Shown piece by piece: positions 1 through 10,965 of a stretch of DNA of 32,000 nucleotides; positions within the stretch are counted from its first letter, which is position 1; the number at the start of each line of letters is the position of its first letter. The DNA lies in the NCBI RefSeq assembly GCF_900187275.1, contig NZ_LT906458.1:960001-992000 (forward strand), given 5' to 3'. The notes under the pieces are model-generated. The model saw nothing but the letters and a program-made list of their open reading frames with translations, was not told the origin of the DNA and did no database searches. This DNA comes from Pasteurella multocida. GTDB lineage: Bacteria; Pseudomonadota; Gammaproteobacteria; Enterobacterales; Pasteurellaceae. A program made the translations under genes and the position numbers.

Positions 1-92
1 AAGAGTCAGGTCCGTTTTTATAGTCTAATTATTCTAAAACATATCTGTTTTATTTGAAAATGGAATTTTCATATCCTAATAAGATTCATGTA

Positions 93-1928
93 TTAATCTC
101 GCAAAGCATCATAAATTCGTTCGGCAAGGGCTTTAGAAATGCCTGGGACAGAGGCGATTTCATCTAGCGTAGCCTTTTTGACCCCCTGCATCCCACCTAA
201 ATATTTCAACAATGTTTGACGGCGTTTTGCACCAACACCTTCTACCGATTCTAAGCCACTCTGTAAAAAGGCTTGTTGGCGTTTTTTACGATGTCCACTA
301 ATCGCATGCTGATGGCTTTCATCACGAATATGTTGAATCAGATGTAAGGCTAAATGATCAGAAGGTAAATGAAGTATTTTTCCCTGTTTGCTTAGAATTA
401 AGGTTTCTAACCCTGCTTTCCGATCAATGCCTTTCGCCACACCAATTAAGTGCGGTTGATTTTTATCCCATTTCACGTTTAGCTTAGCAAACGTCTGTAA
501 CGCGCGATTAAGTTGTCCCTTACCACCATCAATAAAAATCACGTCTGGGATTTTTTCTTGCTCAAGTGGCTTATCATAACGTTTTAGCAAGGCTTGCTCC
601 ATGGCTGCATAATCATCCCCAGCGGTAATTCCGGTAATATTAAATCGACGATAGTCCGACTTTAATGGTCCATCTTGATTAAAAACCACACAAGATGCAA
701 TGGTTTGTTCACCCATTGTATGACTAATATCAAAACATTCCATACGTCGAATTTCACCTAACTGTAAAATGGCTTGCAGCGCTTGATAGCGTTCTTTGAG
801 TAACGTACTTTGTTTAAGCTGAGTGACTAATGCTGATTGAGCATTCATTTTGGCTAGTTGCAAGTATTTACTCTTCTCACCTTTTGTATTGTCTTGAATA
901 TGAACTTTTCGCCCCGCTTGCTGAGTCAGTAATTCTTCTAACTCGGTCTTTTCCGATAACTTATGATCAACAATAATACGGTGTGGAATACTGCGTCCTT
1001 GGTGTGCCTGTAAATAAAATTGCCCCACAAAGGTTGCCGTTAACTCAGACAACGTTGTATTTGCCGGTACTTTAGGGAAATAGCTCCGATTCCCTAACAT
1101 TTTACCTTGTCGGATAAACAAGACCTGAACACAAGCAATACCTAATTGGTAAGCAATCGAGAGAATATCCATATCATCCAGACGTTCAGTGGACACAAAT
1201 TGTTTTTCCATGACGGCACGGACAGCTTGAATTTGATCACGGATGCGAGCAGCCTCTTCAAAATCCAGTGCTCGGCTGGCTTGTTCCATTTTATGTATCA
1301 AATGTTCAAGCACTTGCTGGTCTTTGCCTTGTAAAAAAAGACGAGCTAACTCAACTTGTTGTAAATAAGCCTCATCCGTCACATAACCTGCAACACAAGG
1401 GGCTACACATCGTCCAATCTGATATTGTAAACAAGGGCGAGAACGGTTGTTATAAACGGCATTTTCACACTGGCGGATTGGGAAGAGTTTTTGCAGTAAA
1501 GAAAGGGTTTCTCTGACCGCACTAGCATGCGGATAAGGTCCAAAATATTCGCCTTTAATTTTTTTACTTCCTCGATATGCACTAATACGAGGATGGCGAT
1601 CTGCGGTTAATAAAATATAGGGATAGGATTTATCATCGCGTAATAAAACATTATAACGCGGCTGATAGGTCTTAATGTAGTTATGCTCAAGCAATAAGGC
1701 TTCTGTTTCCGACGATGTAATCGTGGTGTCAATTCGTGCAATCGCACTAACCAGCGCCTCTGTTTTTTTACTGCTAAGATGAGTGCGAAAATAACTTGAG
1801 AGGCGCTTTTTCAGATCCTTCGCTTTTCCCACATAAATGACGGTGTCTTTCTCGTCATACATACGATAAACACCCGCATCGTGGGAAACATTGGCTAAAA
1901 AGGATTTGGCATCAAACATAAACAGCAT
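93..1928 (-). CDS. uvrC: Excinuclease ABC subunit C (UvrC)
   Basis: 611-aa ORF colinear with E. coli UvrC (610 aa). It has the N-terminal GIY-YIG motif ([25 protein letters not shown]), the conserved FPIRQC / [11 protein letters not shown] segment and a C-terminal HhH region ([16 protein letters not shown]). Confidence 0.96.
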   Translation of the reverse strand: MLFMFDAKSFLANVSHDAGVYRMYDEKDTVIYVGKAKDLKKRLSSYFRTHLSSKKTEALVSAIARIDTTITSSETEALLLEHNYIKTYQPRYNVLLRDDKSYPYILLTADRHPRISAYRGSKKIKGEYFGPYPHASAVRETLSLLQKLFPIRQCENAVYNNRSRPCLQYQIGRCVAPCVAGYVTDEAYLQQVELARLFLQGKDQQVLEHLIHKMEQASRALDFEEAARIRDQIQAVRAVMEKQFVSTERLDDMDILSIAYQLGIACVQVLFIRQGKMLGNRSYFPKVPANTTLSELTATFVGQFYLQAHQGRSIPHRIIVDHKLSEKTELEELLTQQAGRKVHIQDNTKGEKSKYLQLAKMNAQSALVTQLKQSTLLKERYQALQAILQLGEIRRMECFDISHTMGEQTIASCVVFNQDGPLKSDYRRFNITGITAGDDYAAMEQALLKRYDKPLEQEKIPDVIFIDGGKGQLNRALQTFAKLNVKWDKNQPHLIGVAKGIDRKAGLETLILSKQGKILHLPSDHLALHLIQHIRDESHQHAISGHRKKRQQAFLQSGLESVEGVGAKRRQTLLKYLGGMQGVKKATLDEIASVPGISKALAERIYDALRD

Positions 1929-1952
1929 CAGGCGTCGCTAAACGCCTGCCCT

Positions 1953-2729
1953 TTATTTTTCTAAAATTGACCGCACTTTTTCTAAATCTTCAGCGGTATC
2001 CACGCCAACCGGCGGCACTTCTCGCGCTAATTCTACATGGATTTTTTCACCATACCATAACACCCGTAATTGCTCTAAGCTTTCAATCTGCTCTAATGCA
2101 CTCGGTTGCCATTGAATATACTGTTTAATAAAACCTGCACGATAGGCATAAATACCTATATGACGTAAATAGTGATCAGACAAGACCAATTGTCCTCTTG
2201 TGCTTTTTTCTTTTGGTAAAGAGGCAAATTGATCACGATGCCATGGAATCGGTGCACGGGAAAAATACAACACATAGCCGGCATGATCAGTCAATACTTT
2301 GACCGCATTAGGATTGAACAATTCTTCGGGGTCCGTTATGTTGACCGCCAAACTTGCCATTTTTACTTGGTATTTTGCTAAATTCTCAGCAACTTGACGT
2401 ACAATTGCCGGTGGGATCAAGGGTTCGTCTCCTTGAATATTGACAATGATTTCATCTTCCGCAATACCTAACTTCTCAACCACTTCAGCTAATCGCTCAG
2501 TTCCTGACTGATGTGTTTCAGATGTCATGCAAACTTCTGCGCCAAATCCTCGTGCAACTGTCGCAACTTGTTCATGATCTGTCGCAACAATGACGCGTTT
2601 TGCACCTGACTGCATCGCCTTTTCAAAGACATGTGCAATCATCGGTTTTCCCGCAATCTCCGCTAAAGGTTTCCCAGGTAAACGTGTTGACGCATAACGT
2701 GCAGGGATAATGACCGTAAAATTTGTCAT
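1953..2729 (-). CDS. kdsB: 3-deoxy-manno-octulosonate cytidylyltransferase (CMP-KDO synthetase)
   Basis: 258-aa ORF with the KdsB N-terminal motif [16 protein letters not shown] and [13 protein letters not shown]. It sits in the conserved lpxK-ycaR-kdsB arrangement. Confidence 0.95.
   Translation of the reverse strand: MTNFTVIIPARYASTRLPGKPLAEIAGKPMIAHVFEKAMQSGAKRVIVATDHEQVATVARGFGAEVCMTSETHQSGTERLAEVVEKLGIAEDEIIVNIQGDEPLIPPAIVRQVAENLAKYQVKMASLAVNITDPEELFNPNAVKVLTDHAGYVLYFSRAPIPWHRDQFASLPKEKSTRGQLVLSDHYLRHIGIYAYRAGFIKQYIQWQPSALEQIESLEQLRVLWYGEKIHVELAREVPPVGVDTAEDLEKVRSILEK
1970..1978 (-). repeat. Uptake signal sequence (USS) core
   Basis: ACCGCACTT is the reverse complement of AAGTGCGGT. 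It has a T-rich 3' extension and lies within the kdsB 3' end. Confidence 0.9.
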
Positions 2730-2730
2730 A

Positions 2731-2913
2731 CTACGGCTCCTCTTGTCTTGCGGATAAAGGCATGGCTTGTTCCGCTAACAATACCGGGATACCTTGATTG
2801 ATGTCATAAGCAACTTTATCAAAATGACAGACTAATTTCTGGCTGGTTTGATCAAGCGCTAAACGCCCATGACAAATAGGACAAGCGACAATCTCTAATA
2901 ATGTTGAATCCAT
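2731..2913 (-). CDS. ycaR: Trm112/YcaR-family small protein (UPF0434)
   Basis: 60-aa ORF with the motif [14 protein letters not shown]...[20 protein letters not shown]. It has the same length and position as E. coli YcaR between lpxK and kdsB, and its stop is 1 nt from the kdsB start. Confidence 0.85.
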   Translation of the reverse strand: MDSTLLEIVACPICHGRLALDQTSQKLVCHFDKVAYDINQGIPVLLAEQAMPLSARQEEP

Positions 2914-2924
2914 GTTTCCTCACT

Positions 2925-3902
2925 TCATACTGTTTTGCGAATTTCATCAAATTTTTCCAAAAATGACCGCACTTTTTCACCTTTAATCTCTGCCTCTACG
3001 GGGACATACCACCAATTCTTTTGCGCAAAAGACAGACATTTGACCGCATCTTTTTCCGTCATTAACAAAGGCTGAGTTTGATCAAAATCGACAAATTGTG
3101 CTGCCTCAAACGTTTGATGATCTTGAAACGCTTTGGTTTGAATTAATTGCATTGATAAGTTTTCTAACATCGAGAAAAAACGTTGTGGATGCCCAATACC
3201 CGCAATAGCAGAAACACGATGGAAATCACTCAATAAGCGTGATTCACCTGTCACAAGATTAATGGCATGATGAGGTACAAGTGTCATTTCTACATCACTA
3301 TACTTGCTCGCCTGACCATGACAAATAATCAGATCTACTGTATTTAAACGGCTTGGTAACTCACGTAATGGTCCAGCAGGTAGTAAAAAGCCATTACCGA
3401 ATCCACGTTGTACATCGAGCACCACAATTTCAAAATCACGTTGTAATCTATAATGCTGTAATCCATCATCACTGATGATCAAATCACAATCAGGTCGATG
3501 CTGTAATAACAATTCAATGGCATGTTGACGATTAGCAGAAATACAAACAGGGACTTGTGTACGTTTTGCAATAAGGACTGGTTCATCGCCCCCCTGAATA
3601 GGATCCGTGTCTGGCGTCACAAGTAAAGGATACACAGATGATTGGCTTCCGTAGCCACGAGAAATCACACCAACCTTGAGACCTTTTTGTTGTAACTGTT
3701 TGACCAGCCAAATAACGACAGGGGTTTTACCGTTTCCCCCCACAGAAAGATTTCCTACGACAATCACGGGCACAGGGGCGCGATAAGAGGCGAATATCCC
3801 TTTTCTAAAGAGGAACTGGCGGCAAGTGCTGATGAGCCAAAATAAAAAAGAAAGTGGCAGCATCAACCAAGTGATCCACGTGCGTGAATACCAAAATTGC
3901 AT
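2925..3902 (-). CDS. lpxK: Tetraacyldisaccharide 4'-kinase (lipid A biosynthesis)
   Basis: 325-aa ORF with an N-terminal membrane anchor and P-loop [13 protein letters not shown]. It lies directly downstream of msbA, as in E. coli and H. influenzae. Confidence 0.93.
   Translation of the reverse strand: MQFWYSRTWITWLMLPLSFLFWLISTCRQFLFRKGIFASYRAPVPVIVVGNLSVGGNGKTPVVIWLVKQLQQKGLKVGVISRGYGSQSSVYPLLVTPDTDPIQGGDEPVLIAKRTQVPVCISANRQHAIELLLQHRPDCDLIISDDGLQHYRLQRDFEIVVLDVQRGFGNGFLLPAGPLRELPSRLNTVDLIICHGQASKYSDVEMTLVPHHAINLVTGESRLLSDFHRVSAIAGIGHPQRFFSMLENLSMQLIQTKAFQDHQTFEAAQFVDFDQTQPLLMTEKDAVKCLSFAQKNWWYVPVEAEIKGEKVRSFLEKFDEIRKTV
2966..2974 (-). repeat. USS core
   Basis: ACCGCACTT followed by TTT, within lpxK. 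Confidence 0.9.
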
Positions 3903-3933
3903 AGATACCCCTTTCTGTGATAGTTAAAAAGAA

Positions 3934-5682
3934 TTAATGATTAACTTGAATATGATGTAACTGTTTGTATGCACCATTTAATGCAAGCAGTTCGCTATGT
4001 GAACCACGTTCTTTAATTTCACCATGCTCAATTACCAAAATTTCATCAGCATTTTCAATTGTAGATAAGCGATGTGCAATCACAATGACGGTACGTTCTT
4101 TCTGTAATTTCTCCAATGCTAATTGAATTGAGCGTTCAGATTCTGTATCCAATGCGGAAGTTGCCTCATCTAAAATTAACACTGGGGAATTTCGCAATAA
4201 TGCGCGAGCAATCGCCAAACGCTGACGTTGACCTCCAGATAAATTCACCCCATTCTCTCCGATTACCGTATCTAAGCCATGCTCAAGCTTTTCAATGAAC
4301 TCCATAGCATAGGCATCTTTTGCGGCTTTAATAATTTCCTCACGGCTATATTTGTCTTTTGCCGCATAGGCGATGTTATTTGCAATAGTGTCATTAAATA
4401 AATGAACTTGTTGTGAAACAACCGCACAGTTCTTACGTAAACTGGATAAACGATAATCTTGAATATTAATGCCATCTAACGTAATTTCACCTTGATCAAC
4501 ATCGTAAAAACGCGTCACCAAATTCGCGATCGTTGACTTACCAGAACCAGAACGCCCAACAAGTGCTACGGTTTTCCCTTTTTCAACATCAAAAGATAAA
4601 TTACGTAATGCTGGCTCATCTCGACTTGGGTAAGTAAAAGTAACATTTTTAAAGCTCAAATAGCCTTGAACATTTTCCCCTTTATGTGTTCCTAGATCTT
4701 TCTCCGTTTCTAAATCTAATAACGCAAACAAGGTTTGACAAGCAGCCATCCCTTTTTGAAACTGTGCATTCACGTTCGTCAAGGATTTTAGCGGTCTCAT
4801 CATCGCTAGCATCGATGAAAAGACGACAGTAAAGGAACCCGCTGTTAGATTTTGATCCATAATGGTTGGGACTGTCGCTAAATACAACACCGCAGCCAAG
4901 GCAAAAGAAGCAATAATTTGCACAACCGGATTGGAAATCGCATCTGCAACCGCCATTTTCATTCCTTTCCGACGCATATCGTTACTGACATGGTTGAAAC
5001 GCTCTTCTTCCACTATTTGTCCACCAAAAGAGAGTACTACTTTATGTCCTTTTAACATTTGTTCTGCGGTAGAGGTCAATTCTCCCATTGAGTTTTGCAT
5101 ATTTTTACTTAATTCTCGAAAACGCTTTGAAACAAAACGAATTAGTACAGCAATAATCGGACCAATTAAAAACAGAACAATAGATAACTGCCAACTGGTA
5201 TAAAGCATCACTGCTAACAAAGAAATAATATAGGCACCTTCTCTGACAATTGTAATTAACGCCCCCGAAGAGGAATTCGCCACTAACTCAGAATCATAAG
5301 TGATGCGAGACAACAGTCGTCCACTGGAGTTTTGATCAAAAAAAGGTACGGGCATAAACATCAGGTGTTTAAAAATGCGACGACGCATAATCATCACCAC
5401 TTTACCGGAAACCCAAGATAAGCAATAAGATGAAATAAAATTACTGATACCACGCAGGAAGATAACAAGGACCACAACGTATGACATTGTACGTAAAAAA
5501 GAAACATCCGCCTTGCCAAAGCCTTCATCTAAAAGAGGTTTTAATAAAGAAATTAATCCTGCATCGGCTAATGCATTAATCACTAAAGCAATACCCGATA
5601 CTACTAATCCAAGTTTAAAAGGGCTAATAATTGGCCATAACCGTTTAAATGTCTGTACTGTTGAAAGATCTTTATCTTGCAT
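3934..5682 (-). CDS. msbA: Lipid A export ABC transporter, fused permease/ATPase (MsbA)
   Basis: 582-aa ORF with a six-TM N-terminal half, Walker [13 protein letters not shown] signature LSGGQRQR and Walker [13 protein letters not shown]. Length and order match MsbA. Confidence 0.95.
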   Translation of the reverse strand: MQDKDLSTVQTFKRLWPIISPFKLGLVVSGIALVINALADAGLISLLKPLLDEGFGKADVSFLRTMSYVVVLVIFLRGISNFISSYCLSWVSGKVVMIMRRRIFKHLMFMPVPFFDQNSSGRLLSRITYDSELVANSSSGALITIVREGAYIISLLAVMLYTSWQLSIVLFLIGPIIAVLIRFVSKRFRELSKNMQNSMGELTSTAEQMLKGHKVVLSFGGQIVEEERFNHVSNDMRRKGMKMAVADAISNPVVQIIASFALAAVLYLATVPTIMDQNLTAGSFTVVFSSMLAMMRPLKSLTNVNAQFQKGMAACQTLFALLDLETEKDLGTHKGENVQGYLSFKNVTFTYPSRDEPALRNLSFDVEKGKTVALVGRSGSGKSTIANLVTRFYDVDQGEITLDGINIQDYRLSSLRKNCAVVSQQVHLFNDTIANNIAYAAKDKYSREEIIKAAKDAYAMEFIEKLEHGLDTVIGENGVNLSGGQRQRLAIARALLRNSPVLILDEATSALDTESERSIQLALEKLQKERTVIVIAHRLSTIENADEILVIEHGEIKERGSHSELLALNGAYKQLHHIQVNH

Positions 5683-5734
5683 AAATTTTTTTCGCTTTCA
5701 AATTAAATTGGGCGACATTGTACCTTTATTTTGT

Positions 5735-8128
5735 TTACAAGCCAATTAATCTACGATACCAAGGCGAAAAATCCGTTCTTGCGGTTTGAATTTCGATGTG
5801 TTTAGCATGAAAAAGTAAGCTAATTTGTCCTAACTCACCAGTGTTATATACAGCCGTTTGATAACGTTTAAGTCGTTGTACAACCTGAACATGTGGAAAT
5901 TGCCATGGATTCCAACGACCACTTGAAATCAGTGCGATTTTTGGTCGTGTTTGATAAAGAAGTTCATACCCTGTTGACGTTTTACTGCCATGATGTCCAA
6001 CTTGTAACACATCAAGTTGGCTTAACTGATTCACAAACTGCTTTTCCGCAGCAATATCTGCATCACCAGTTAAGAGGAGATGATGAGAACCATCTGAGAT
6101 CAGTAACACACAAGAGTCCGTATTTTTCGCTCGCTTCACTATTTTAGTCGGTGAAAGGGCCTTGAATGTTAAGTGTTGCCAAGTCCAGGTTTTACCGGCT
6201 TCACAAAAAGTGCGGTCAGTTTTTCCGTAATTTTGAGCAGATGCCGTCATCAGCTTCGCTTGAGGGTAATGTTTTAGAATTGTTTCTGCGCCCCCGACAT
6301 GATCATTATCATCATGGCTTAAAATCACCTGTTCTAACTCAATCCCCTCTCTTTGTAAATAGGGTATAATTTCCAGTTCCGCCATACTTCCTCCCGCCCA
6401 AGACGCCCCCGTATCATACAAAACCCCTTTCCCATTCACGACAATCAAGTTAGCTAACCCTTGTCCAACATCGAGCGTATCTAAACGCCAAAGCGGTTGA
6501 GATATCTCCTTATAAAGTATCTGTAAGAAACAGTAAAGACTGATGCCAACAGCGAGTAAATAAGTTTTCCATTTTAAAGACGGATTTAACAGCCGCATTT
6601 GATTAAGATGAAAAAAACGTGGTACTTTAGCGTAGCACTTCAGTGATTCTTTTTTTAAATCATAGAGATACCAAATCAATATAATAAAAGTTAAAGCTAA
6701 AATCGCGATCAGGCAGAGTATTTCCTGCTGTGAGAATACAACCCAATGAGATTGTAATGGAGTTAAAAGCATCGTGACATATTTCGCAATAGTATTTGCA
6801 ATAGACCAAAAGGAAAATGCCCCTTGAGTGATCACCGCCAATAAAATCAATGGTATTAAAATCACACTATAGATAGGCACCACAAGCACATTCGCCATAA
6901 AGCTCGTTAAAGCTATTCCCTGAAAAAGCAATAATTGAACGGGAGTAAAAAGCCACAATAAACCAAGTTGCAAATGAAGAAGACTAAAGAGCCAACGACA
7001 GTTGCGCCAAGGACTCTCTGTGATCTTTTTTCCTCGCCAATGTAATAAAGACAGCGGAAAAATTTGATACCAAAGCATTAATACACTCACAGCACCAACC
7101 GACAGCCAGAAACTGCTCGATAAAATCATACATGGTTCACCTAGCAATAACAAAGCAACAACTAATAAAAAAAATTGCCAAACAGAATAAGAACGCCGCC
7201 AAAGTTTTACCCACGACACGACAGTTAAAGCAAAAAACGCGCGTGATGTTGGAATACTAAAGCCCGCCAACTCAGCATAAAACCATGCAAAAAGAAGCCC
7301 AACAATGATTGGCAAGGTCGGTGTCACCCACTTTAATGGCAATAGGAACTGAATTAAACGGATAAAGAAATAACCTATTCCCATCGCAAGCCCAATATGT
7401 AAACCCGATATCGCAATCACATGTGCTGTGTTAGTTTTTTGATAAGTTTGCCAAATGTCTGTGGGTAACCATGCCCGTTCACCAAAAGCCAGCGCAAGTA
7501 ACAGACCTTGATATTCCAGCTGCATGGTCTGTTTCACTCCCTCTCGCAACCATTTTTCTCGCCAAGATAACTGTTCACTTATTTTAACCGCACTTTTTAC
7601 CGTTGCATAAGCGGTAATGCCTTTAGCAAAATACCATTGCTGTTTATCAAAACCGCCCATATTGAGCCTTGATGAAATCGGTCTGAGCCGTAGTTCTCCT
7701 TTCCAAATCTCCCCTATCTGTGCCTTTTCTTGCGCGTGCCATTGAAGAATCATTTTTTGTTTTGCTTGTTGCGGAGACAATTGTGCAGAAACCACAAAAG
7801 TTTGATAGTTTTTTTGTTGTAATACTTCAATGATTTTAAATTCTGTCTCTATCTTTCGAGGCAGTTGAGCAACCAAGTCCGCTTGCAATAATGTCTGACG
7901 AGCTTGATCGTGAATATAGCCTAAAATGCCTACTGAACTCATTACAAAGATCAGAGGAGAAATCCAGTGATTTTTGCCACAAAGAACACAAATGATTATG
8001 CTGACTAGCAATAATGCGAAGACTAACAATGTTATGTGCCAATGAAGCAAGAAATGTTCAGGTAGCCAAAGTAACGAACAGGCGCTGAATACGGTCACGA
8101 CAGACATTGACAAAAGAGCGTTTTTCAT
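5735..8128 (-). CDS. rec2: DNA internalization competence protein ComEC/Rec2
   Basis: Polytopic membrane competence domain plus a C-terminal metallo-beta-lactamase fold (LSHDDNDHVGG ... VGHHGS). The ORF track starts at 8221 (828 aa). I prefer ATG 8128 (MKNALLSMSVV.., 797 aa) because it directly precedes the first TM segment and leaves a CRP-like site (8202-8223) outside the gene. The start is not certain. Confidence 0.88.
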   Translation of the reverse strand: MKNALLSMSVVTVFSACSLLWLPEHFLLHWHITLLVFALLLVSIIICVLCGKNHWISPLIFVMSSVGILGYIHDQARQTLLQADLVAQLPRKIETEFKIIEVLQQKNYQTFVVSAQLSPQQAKQKMILQWHAQEKAQIGEIWKGELRLRPISSRLNMGGFDKQQWYFAKGITAYATVKSAVKISEQLSWREKWLREGVKQTMQLEYQGLLLALAFGERAWLPTDIWQTYQKTNTAHVIAISGLHIGLAMGIGYFFIRLIQFLLPLKWVTPTLPIIVGLLFAWFYAELAGFSIPTSRAFFALTVVSWVKLWRRSYSVWQFFLLVVALLLLGEPCMILSSSFWLSVGAVSVLMLWYQIFPLSLLHWRGKKITESPWRNCRWLFSLLHLQLGLLWLFTPVQLLLFQGIALTSFMANVLVVPIYSVILIPLILLAVITQGAFSFWSIANTIAKYVTMLLTPLQSHWVVFSQQEILCLIAILALTFIILIWYLYDLKKESLKCYAKVPRFFHLNQMRLLNPSLKWKTYLLAVGISLYCFLQILYKEISQPLWRLDTLDVGQGLANLIVVNGKGVLYDTGASWAGGSMAELEIIPYLQREGIELEQVILSHDDNDHVGGAETILKHYPQAKLMTASAQNYGKTDRTFCEAGKTWTWQHLTFKALSPTKIVKRAKNTDSCVLLISDGSHHLLLTGDADIAAEKQFVNQLSQLDVLQVGHHGSKTSTGYELLYQTRPKIALISSGRWNPWQFPHVQVVQRLKRYQTAVYNTGELGQISLLFHAKHIEIQTARTDFSPWYRRLIGL
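6208..6216 (+). repeat. USS core
   Basis: AAGTGCGGT followed by CAGTTTTT, within rec2. Confidence 0.9.
7587..7595 (-). repeat. USS core
   Basis: ACCGCACTT followed by TTT, within rec2. Confidence 0.9.
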
Positions 8129-8201
8129 ACTTTCCACGCTGGTTTGTGAAAAAACGAAATCATTATCTACAAGGCGGAAAGCGAGTAAATTTTGACTCTC
8201 A

Positions 8202-8223
8202 TTTTGTAATCTAGATCTCAAAA
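8202..8223. promoter_or_regulatory. CRP-type 22-bp site upstream of rec2 (non-canonical, possible CRP-S/competence regulatory element)
   Basis: The sequence is TTTTGTAATCTAGATCTCAAAA. Against the symmetric CRP consensus aaaTGTGAtctagaTCACAttt, the central TCTAGA is identical and each half-site has one mismatch (TGTAA / TCTCA). The T4/A4 flanks resemble Haemophilus competence-gene sites. A GATAAT -10 candidate lies on the minus strand at 8167-8162. Confidence 0.38.
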
Positions 8224-8424
8224 ATCAGATTTATTTCAAGAAAAATTGTAATATCAGGTAAATTCATTTGATAATTGAGTTAAGTTCTGCTATTTATAAC
8301 GCTTTTTAAAATACTAGATACCTGAATAGGTCATTTTAAACTTAACTAAATCAACGCCAATGCGTATGAATATGTAATTTCAACCATTGATACGATGGAT
8401 GAATTTCTAATTAGGAGAAACCCA

Positions 8425-8862
8425 ATGTCTAAATCCTCTTTAAGTATATTAGCCTTAGCTGGTGTTGAACCATATAAAGAAAAGGTAGGCGAAGAATACA
8501 TGAATGAAGCGCAACTGCTTCATTTCAAAAAAATCTTACAAGCATGGCGTGATCAAATTGTAGAGGAAGCAACCCGTACCGTTGCCCATATGCAAGATGA
8601 AGCGTCTAATTTCCCAGACCCTGCGGATCGTGCAACACAAGAAGAAGAGTTTAGTTTAGAGTTGCGTACACGTGATCGTGAGCGTAAACTGCTCAAAAAA
8701 ATTGAGAACACATTGAAAAAATTAGAAACCGGTGATTTTGGTTACTGTGATTCTTGTGGGATTGAAATTGGTATTCGTCGCTTAGAAGCACGCCCAACTG
8801 CTGATCTTTGTATTGATTGTAAAACACTTGCCGAAATTCGTGAAAAACAAATGGTTGGCTAA
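8425..8862 (+). CDS. dksA: RNA polymerase-binding transcription factor DksA
   Basis: 145 aa from ATG 8425, preceded by AGGAGAAACCCA. It has a coiled-coil region with acidic tip residues and a C4 zinc finger ([26 protein letters not shown]). The upstream 10 codons in the ORF track lack an SD. Confidence 0.95.
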   Translation: MSKSSLSILALAGVEPYKEKVGEEYMNEAQLLHFKKILQAWRDQIVEEATRTVAHMQDEASNFPDPADRATQEEEFSLELRTRDRERKLLKKIENTLKKLETGDFGYCDSCGIEIGIRRLEARPTADLCIDCKTLAEIREKQMVG

Positions 8863-8897
8863 CCTATTTTCCCCCGTTATTATCATTAAAACATTTC

Positions 8898-8929
8898 GAA
8901 AGTGCGGTTTGTTTCACCGCACTTTTTTA
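8898..8929 (+). terminator. Rho-independent terminator of dksA formed by an inverted USS pair
   Basis: AAAGTGCGGT (8899-8908), a 7-nt loop, then ACCGCACTTT (8916-8925), running into T6. Confidence 0.85.
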
Positions 8930-8950
8930 CGAATATGCTAAACACACTTG

Positions 8951-10456
8951 ATGAGGTCTACTATTTTAAAATACATCAAAAATCTGTTTAATAAAAAAAC
9001 AAAAGCCTATTTAGTCGAAAGAGAAAAAACAGATTCTACCCCGTTATTATCCAAAAACGCGCATTCTGAGCCCATAACCACACGCGAGATTCGGAATGTG
9101 TCAAATAGCAAACAAGCCAAACTTTCGCACCATTACAATAAATCGATTTTTAAAGCATCGCAGTACGGTATTACTCCCCGCATGATCAATCGCAATGCCT
9201 TAGGGATTGTAGAAAAACTGCATCGCCATGGTTTTGAAGCCTATATTGTCGGTGGCTGTTTAAGAGATTTATTACTTGGGAAACACCCAAAAGATTTCGA
9301 TGTGGCGACGAATGCATTACCAGAACAAATTCAAACGATCTTTCAACGTCAATGTCGTTTAGTCGGTCGTCGTTTCCGATTGGCACATATCATGTTTGGT
9401 CGAGATGTCATTGAAGTTGCGACCTTTCGTGCAAGTCATAATGAAAATAATCATGAAAGCCTCGCTAAACAAAGCAAAGAAGGCATGCTGTTACGGGATA
9501 ATGTGTATGGCACATTAGAACAAGATGCGGAACGCCGCGATTTTACCGTTAATGCACTGTACTATAACCCACAAGATAATACCCTGCGTGATTATTTTCA
9601 TGGTATTGAGGATCTCAAAGCTGGCAAATTACGCTTAATTGGCGATCCTGTAAAACGTTATCAAGAAGATCCTGTGCGGATGTTACGCTCAGTGCGTTTT
9701 ATGGCAAAATTGGATATGTTCCTTGAAAAACCAAGCGAACAGCCAATTCGTGAGCTAGCGCCGTTACTTAAAAATATTCCACCAGCAAGGCTATTTGATG
9801 AATGTTTAAAATTACTCCAAGCTGGGTACGGTGTAAAAACCTATAAACTGTTACGTCAATATAGACTATTTGAGCAACTCTTCCCTTCACTGATGCCTTA
9901 TTTCACTGAGAAAGGTGACAGTCTTGCAGAACGGATGATTCTCAAAGCACTGACTTCCACAGATGAACGTGTAGCTGACAAATTACGCATCAATCCTGCA
10001 TTCTTATTTGCTGCTTTCTTCTGGTATCCATTACGTGAAAAAGTGGAGATGCTGAAAAATGAAGGTGGATTAAATAATCATGATGCTTATGCCTTGGCTA
10101 GCTCTGAAATCTTAGATTTGTTCTGTGCCGCCCTTGCCGCGCCTCGTCGTCACACCGCTGTGATCCGAGATATCTGGTTTTTGCAATTGCAATTACTCAA
10201 ACGTTCAGGACAGCAACCTATTCGTACGATGGAACACCCTAAGTTCCGTGCGGCGTTTGATCTATTAGCGATGCGCTCAGAGGTTGAAGGTGGAGAAACC
10301 ATTGAGCTCGCAACCTGGTGGCATGAATATCAATTTAGTAATTCAGAACAACGTGATCACTTGGTCAAAGAGCAACAACGTTTACACCCTAAGCCGAAGA
10401 AAAAATATTATCGTGCGAGAAAGCGTCGTAAACCTAAAGCGATCTCGTCCTCATAG
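8951..10456 (+). CDS. pcnB: Poly(A) polymerase I
   Basis: Colinear with E. coli PcnB (GGCLRDLLLGKHPKDFDVATNA, RRDFTVNALYY, EDPVRMLRSVRF, basic C-terminal tail) and followed by folK as in E. coli. The start is ambiguous (TTG 8948 or ATG 8951, no clear SD). E. coli pcnB is known for poor or non-canonical initiation. Confidence 0.9.
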   Translation: MRSTILKYIKNLFNKKTKAYLVEREKTDSTPLLSKNAHSEPITTREIRNVSNSKQAKLSHHYNKSIFKASQYGITPRMINRNALGIVEKLHRHGFEAYIVGGCLRDLLLGKHPKDFDVATNALPEQIQTIFQRQCRLVGRRFRLAHIMFGRDVIEVATFRASHNENNHESLAKQSKEGMLLRDNVYGTLEQDAERRDFTVNALYYNPQDNTLRDYFHGIEDLKAGKLRLIGDPVKRYQEDPVRMLRSVRFMAKLDMFLEKPSEQPIRELAPLLKNIPPARLFDECLKLLQAGYGVKTYKLLRQYRLFEQLFPSLMPYFTEKGDSLAERMILKALTSTDERVADKLRINPAFLFAAFFWYPLREKVEMLKNEGGLNNHDAYALASSEILDLFCAALAAPRRHTAVIRDIWFLQLQLLKRSGQQPIRTMEHPKFRAAFDLLAMRSEVEGGETIELATWWHEYQFSNSEQRDHLVKEQQRLHPKPKKKYYRARKRRKPKAISSS

Positions 10457-10467
10457 GGTAACTTAAT

Positions 10468-10965
10468 ATGAAGTCTGTCTATATTGCATTAGGAAGCAAT
10501 TTACAAACACCAATTGCGCAGTTAGAGGCGGCTCTGGCAGCATTAGCTAACTTACCTACAACTCAGCTAATCCATGTCAGTTCTTTTTACCAAAGTAAGC
10601 CACTTGGTCCACAAGATCAGCCAGATTACGTAAATGCGGTAGCGCATTTACGAACTACGCTACCGCCCTTAACGCTCCTTGATCATTTACAGCAGATTGA
10701 AAATACACAAGGTAGAGTGCGCCTTCGCCGTTGGGGTGAACGCACTTTAGATCTAGATATTTTGCTTTACGATCATGTCGTATGTCAGACTGAACGCTTG
10801 ACCCTTCCCCATTACGATATGACCAATCGTGAATTTGTGATCGTCCCCCTGTTCGAAATTGCCCCTGATTTATGTTTACCGAGTGGACAATCTCTGCTGG
10901 AATTAATGAAAAAATTCGAAGATCACCAAATGCAGAAAATACGTACAGCGTCTAGTCTTGATTAG
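10468..10965 (+). CDS. folK: 2-amino-4-hydroxy-6-hydroxymethyldihydropteridine pyrophosphokinase (HPPK)
   Basis: 165-aa ORF with HPPK motifs ([38 protein letters not shown]), in the pcnB-folK arrangement. Confidence 0.93.
   Translation: MKSVYIALGSNLQTPIAQLEAALAALANLPTTQLIHVSSFYQSKPLGPQDQPDYVNAVAHLRTTLPPLTLLDHLQQIENTQGRVRLRRWGERTLDLDILLYDHVVCQTERLTLPHYDMTNREFVIVPLFEIAPDLCLPSGQSLLELMKKFEDHQMQKIRTASSLD

Noticed and set aside
1146-1516. Short ORFs antisense to, or nested in, well-supported genes. Examples are 1146-1334, 1268-1516, 4116-4298, 4272-4475, 4862-5203, 5513-5749, 5893-6369, 7836-8042, 9186-9386 and 10284-10466. Others are 11647-11880, 12511-12696, 15226-16384, 16880-18148, 18599-18841, 20295-20844, 21422-21640 and 22469-22657. 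The list also includes 23462-23794, 25217-25673, 25858-26094, 26490-27264, 27388-27738, 28632-29072, 29242-29454 and 31053-31274.
   Set aside because: Each lies inside a full-length conserved gene, either on the opposite strand or out of frame. They have low-complexity or atypical composition, no Shine-Dalgarno and no recognisable family motifs. They are typical shadow ORFs.
1929-1952. The hairpin AGGCGT-CGCTAA-ACGCCT in the 24-bp kdsB-uvrC gap, considered as a terminator.
   Set aside because: On the minus strand it is not followed by a U-run, and only about 10 nt remain before the uvrC ATG. It is more likely a processing or stability element, or incidental. Evidence is insufficient for a feature call.
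8395-8424. N-terminal extensions offered by the ORF track. They affect dksA (8395), sanA (12053), hns (18589), yohJ (28534), nuclease (28511), csdA (28956), the dGTPase-like gene (27346), ilvI (GTG 16346) and rec2 (8221).
   Set aside because: Downstream ATGs have proper Shine-Dalgarno sequences and give lengths matching E. coli homologues. The extensions overlap neighbouring genes or regulatory sites and have no counterpart in homologues.
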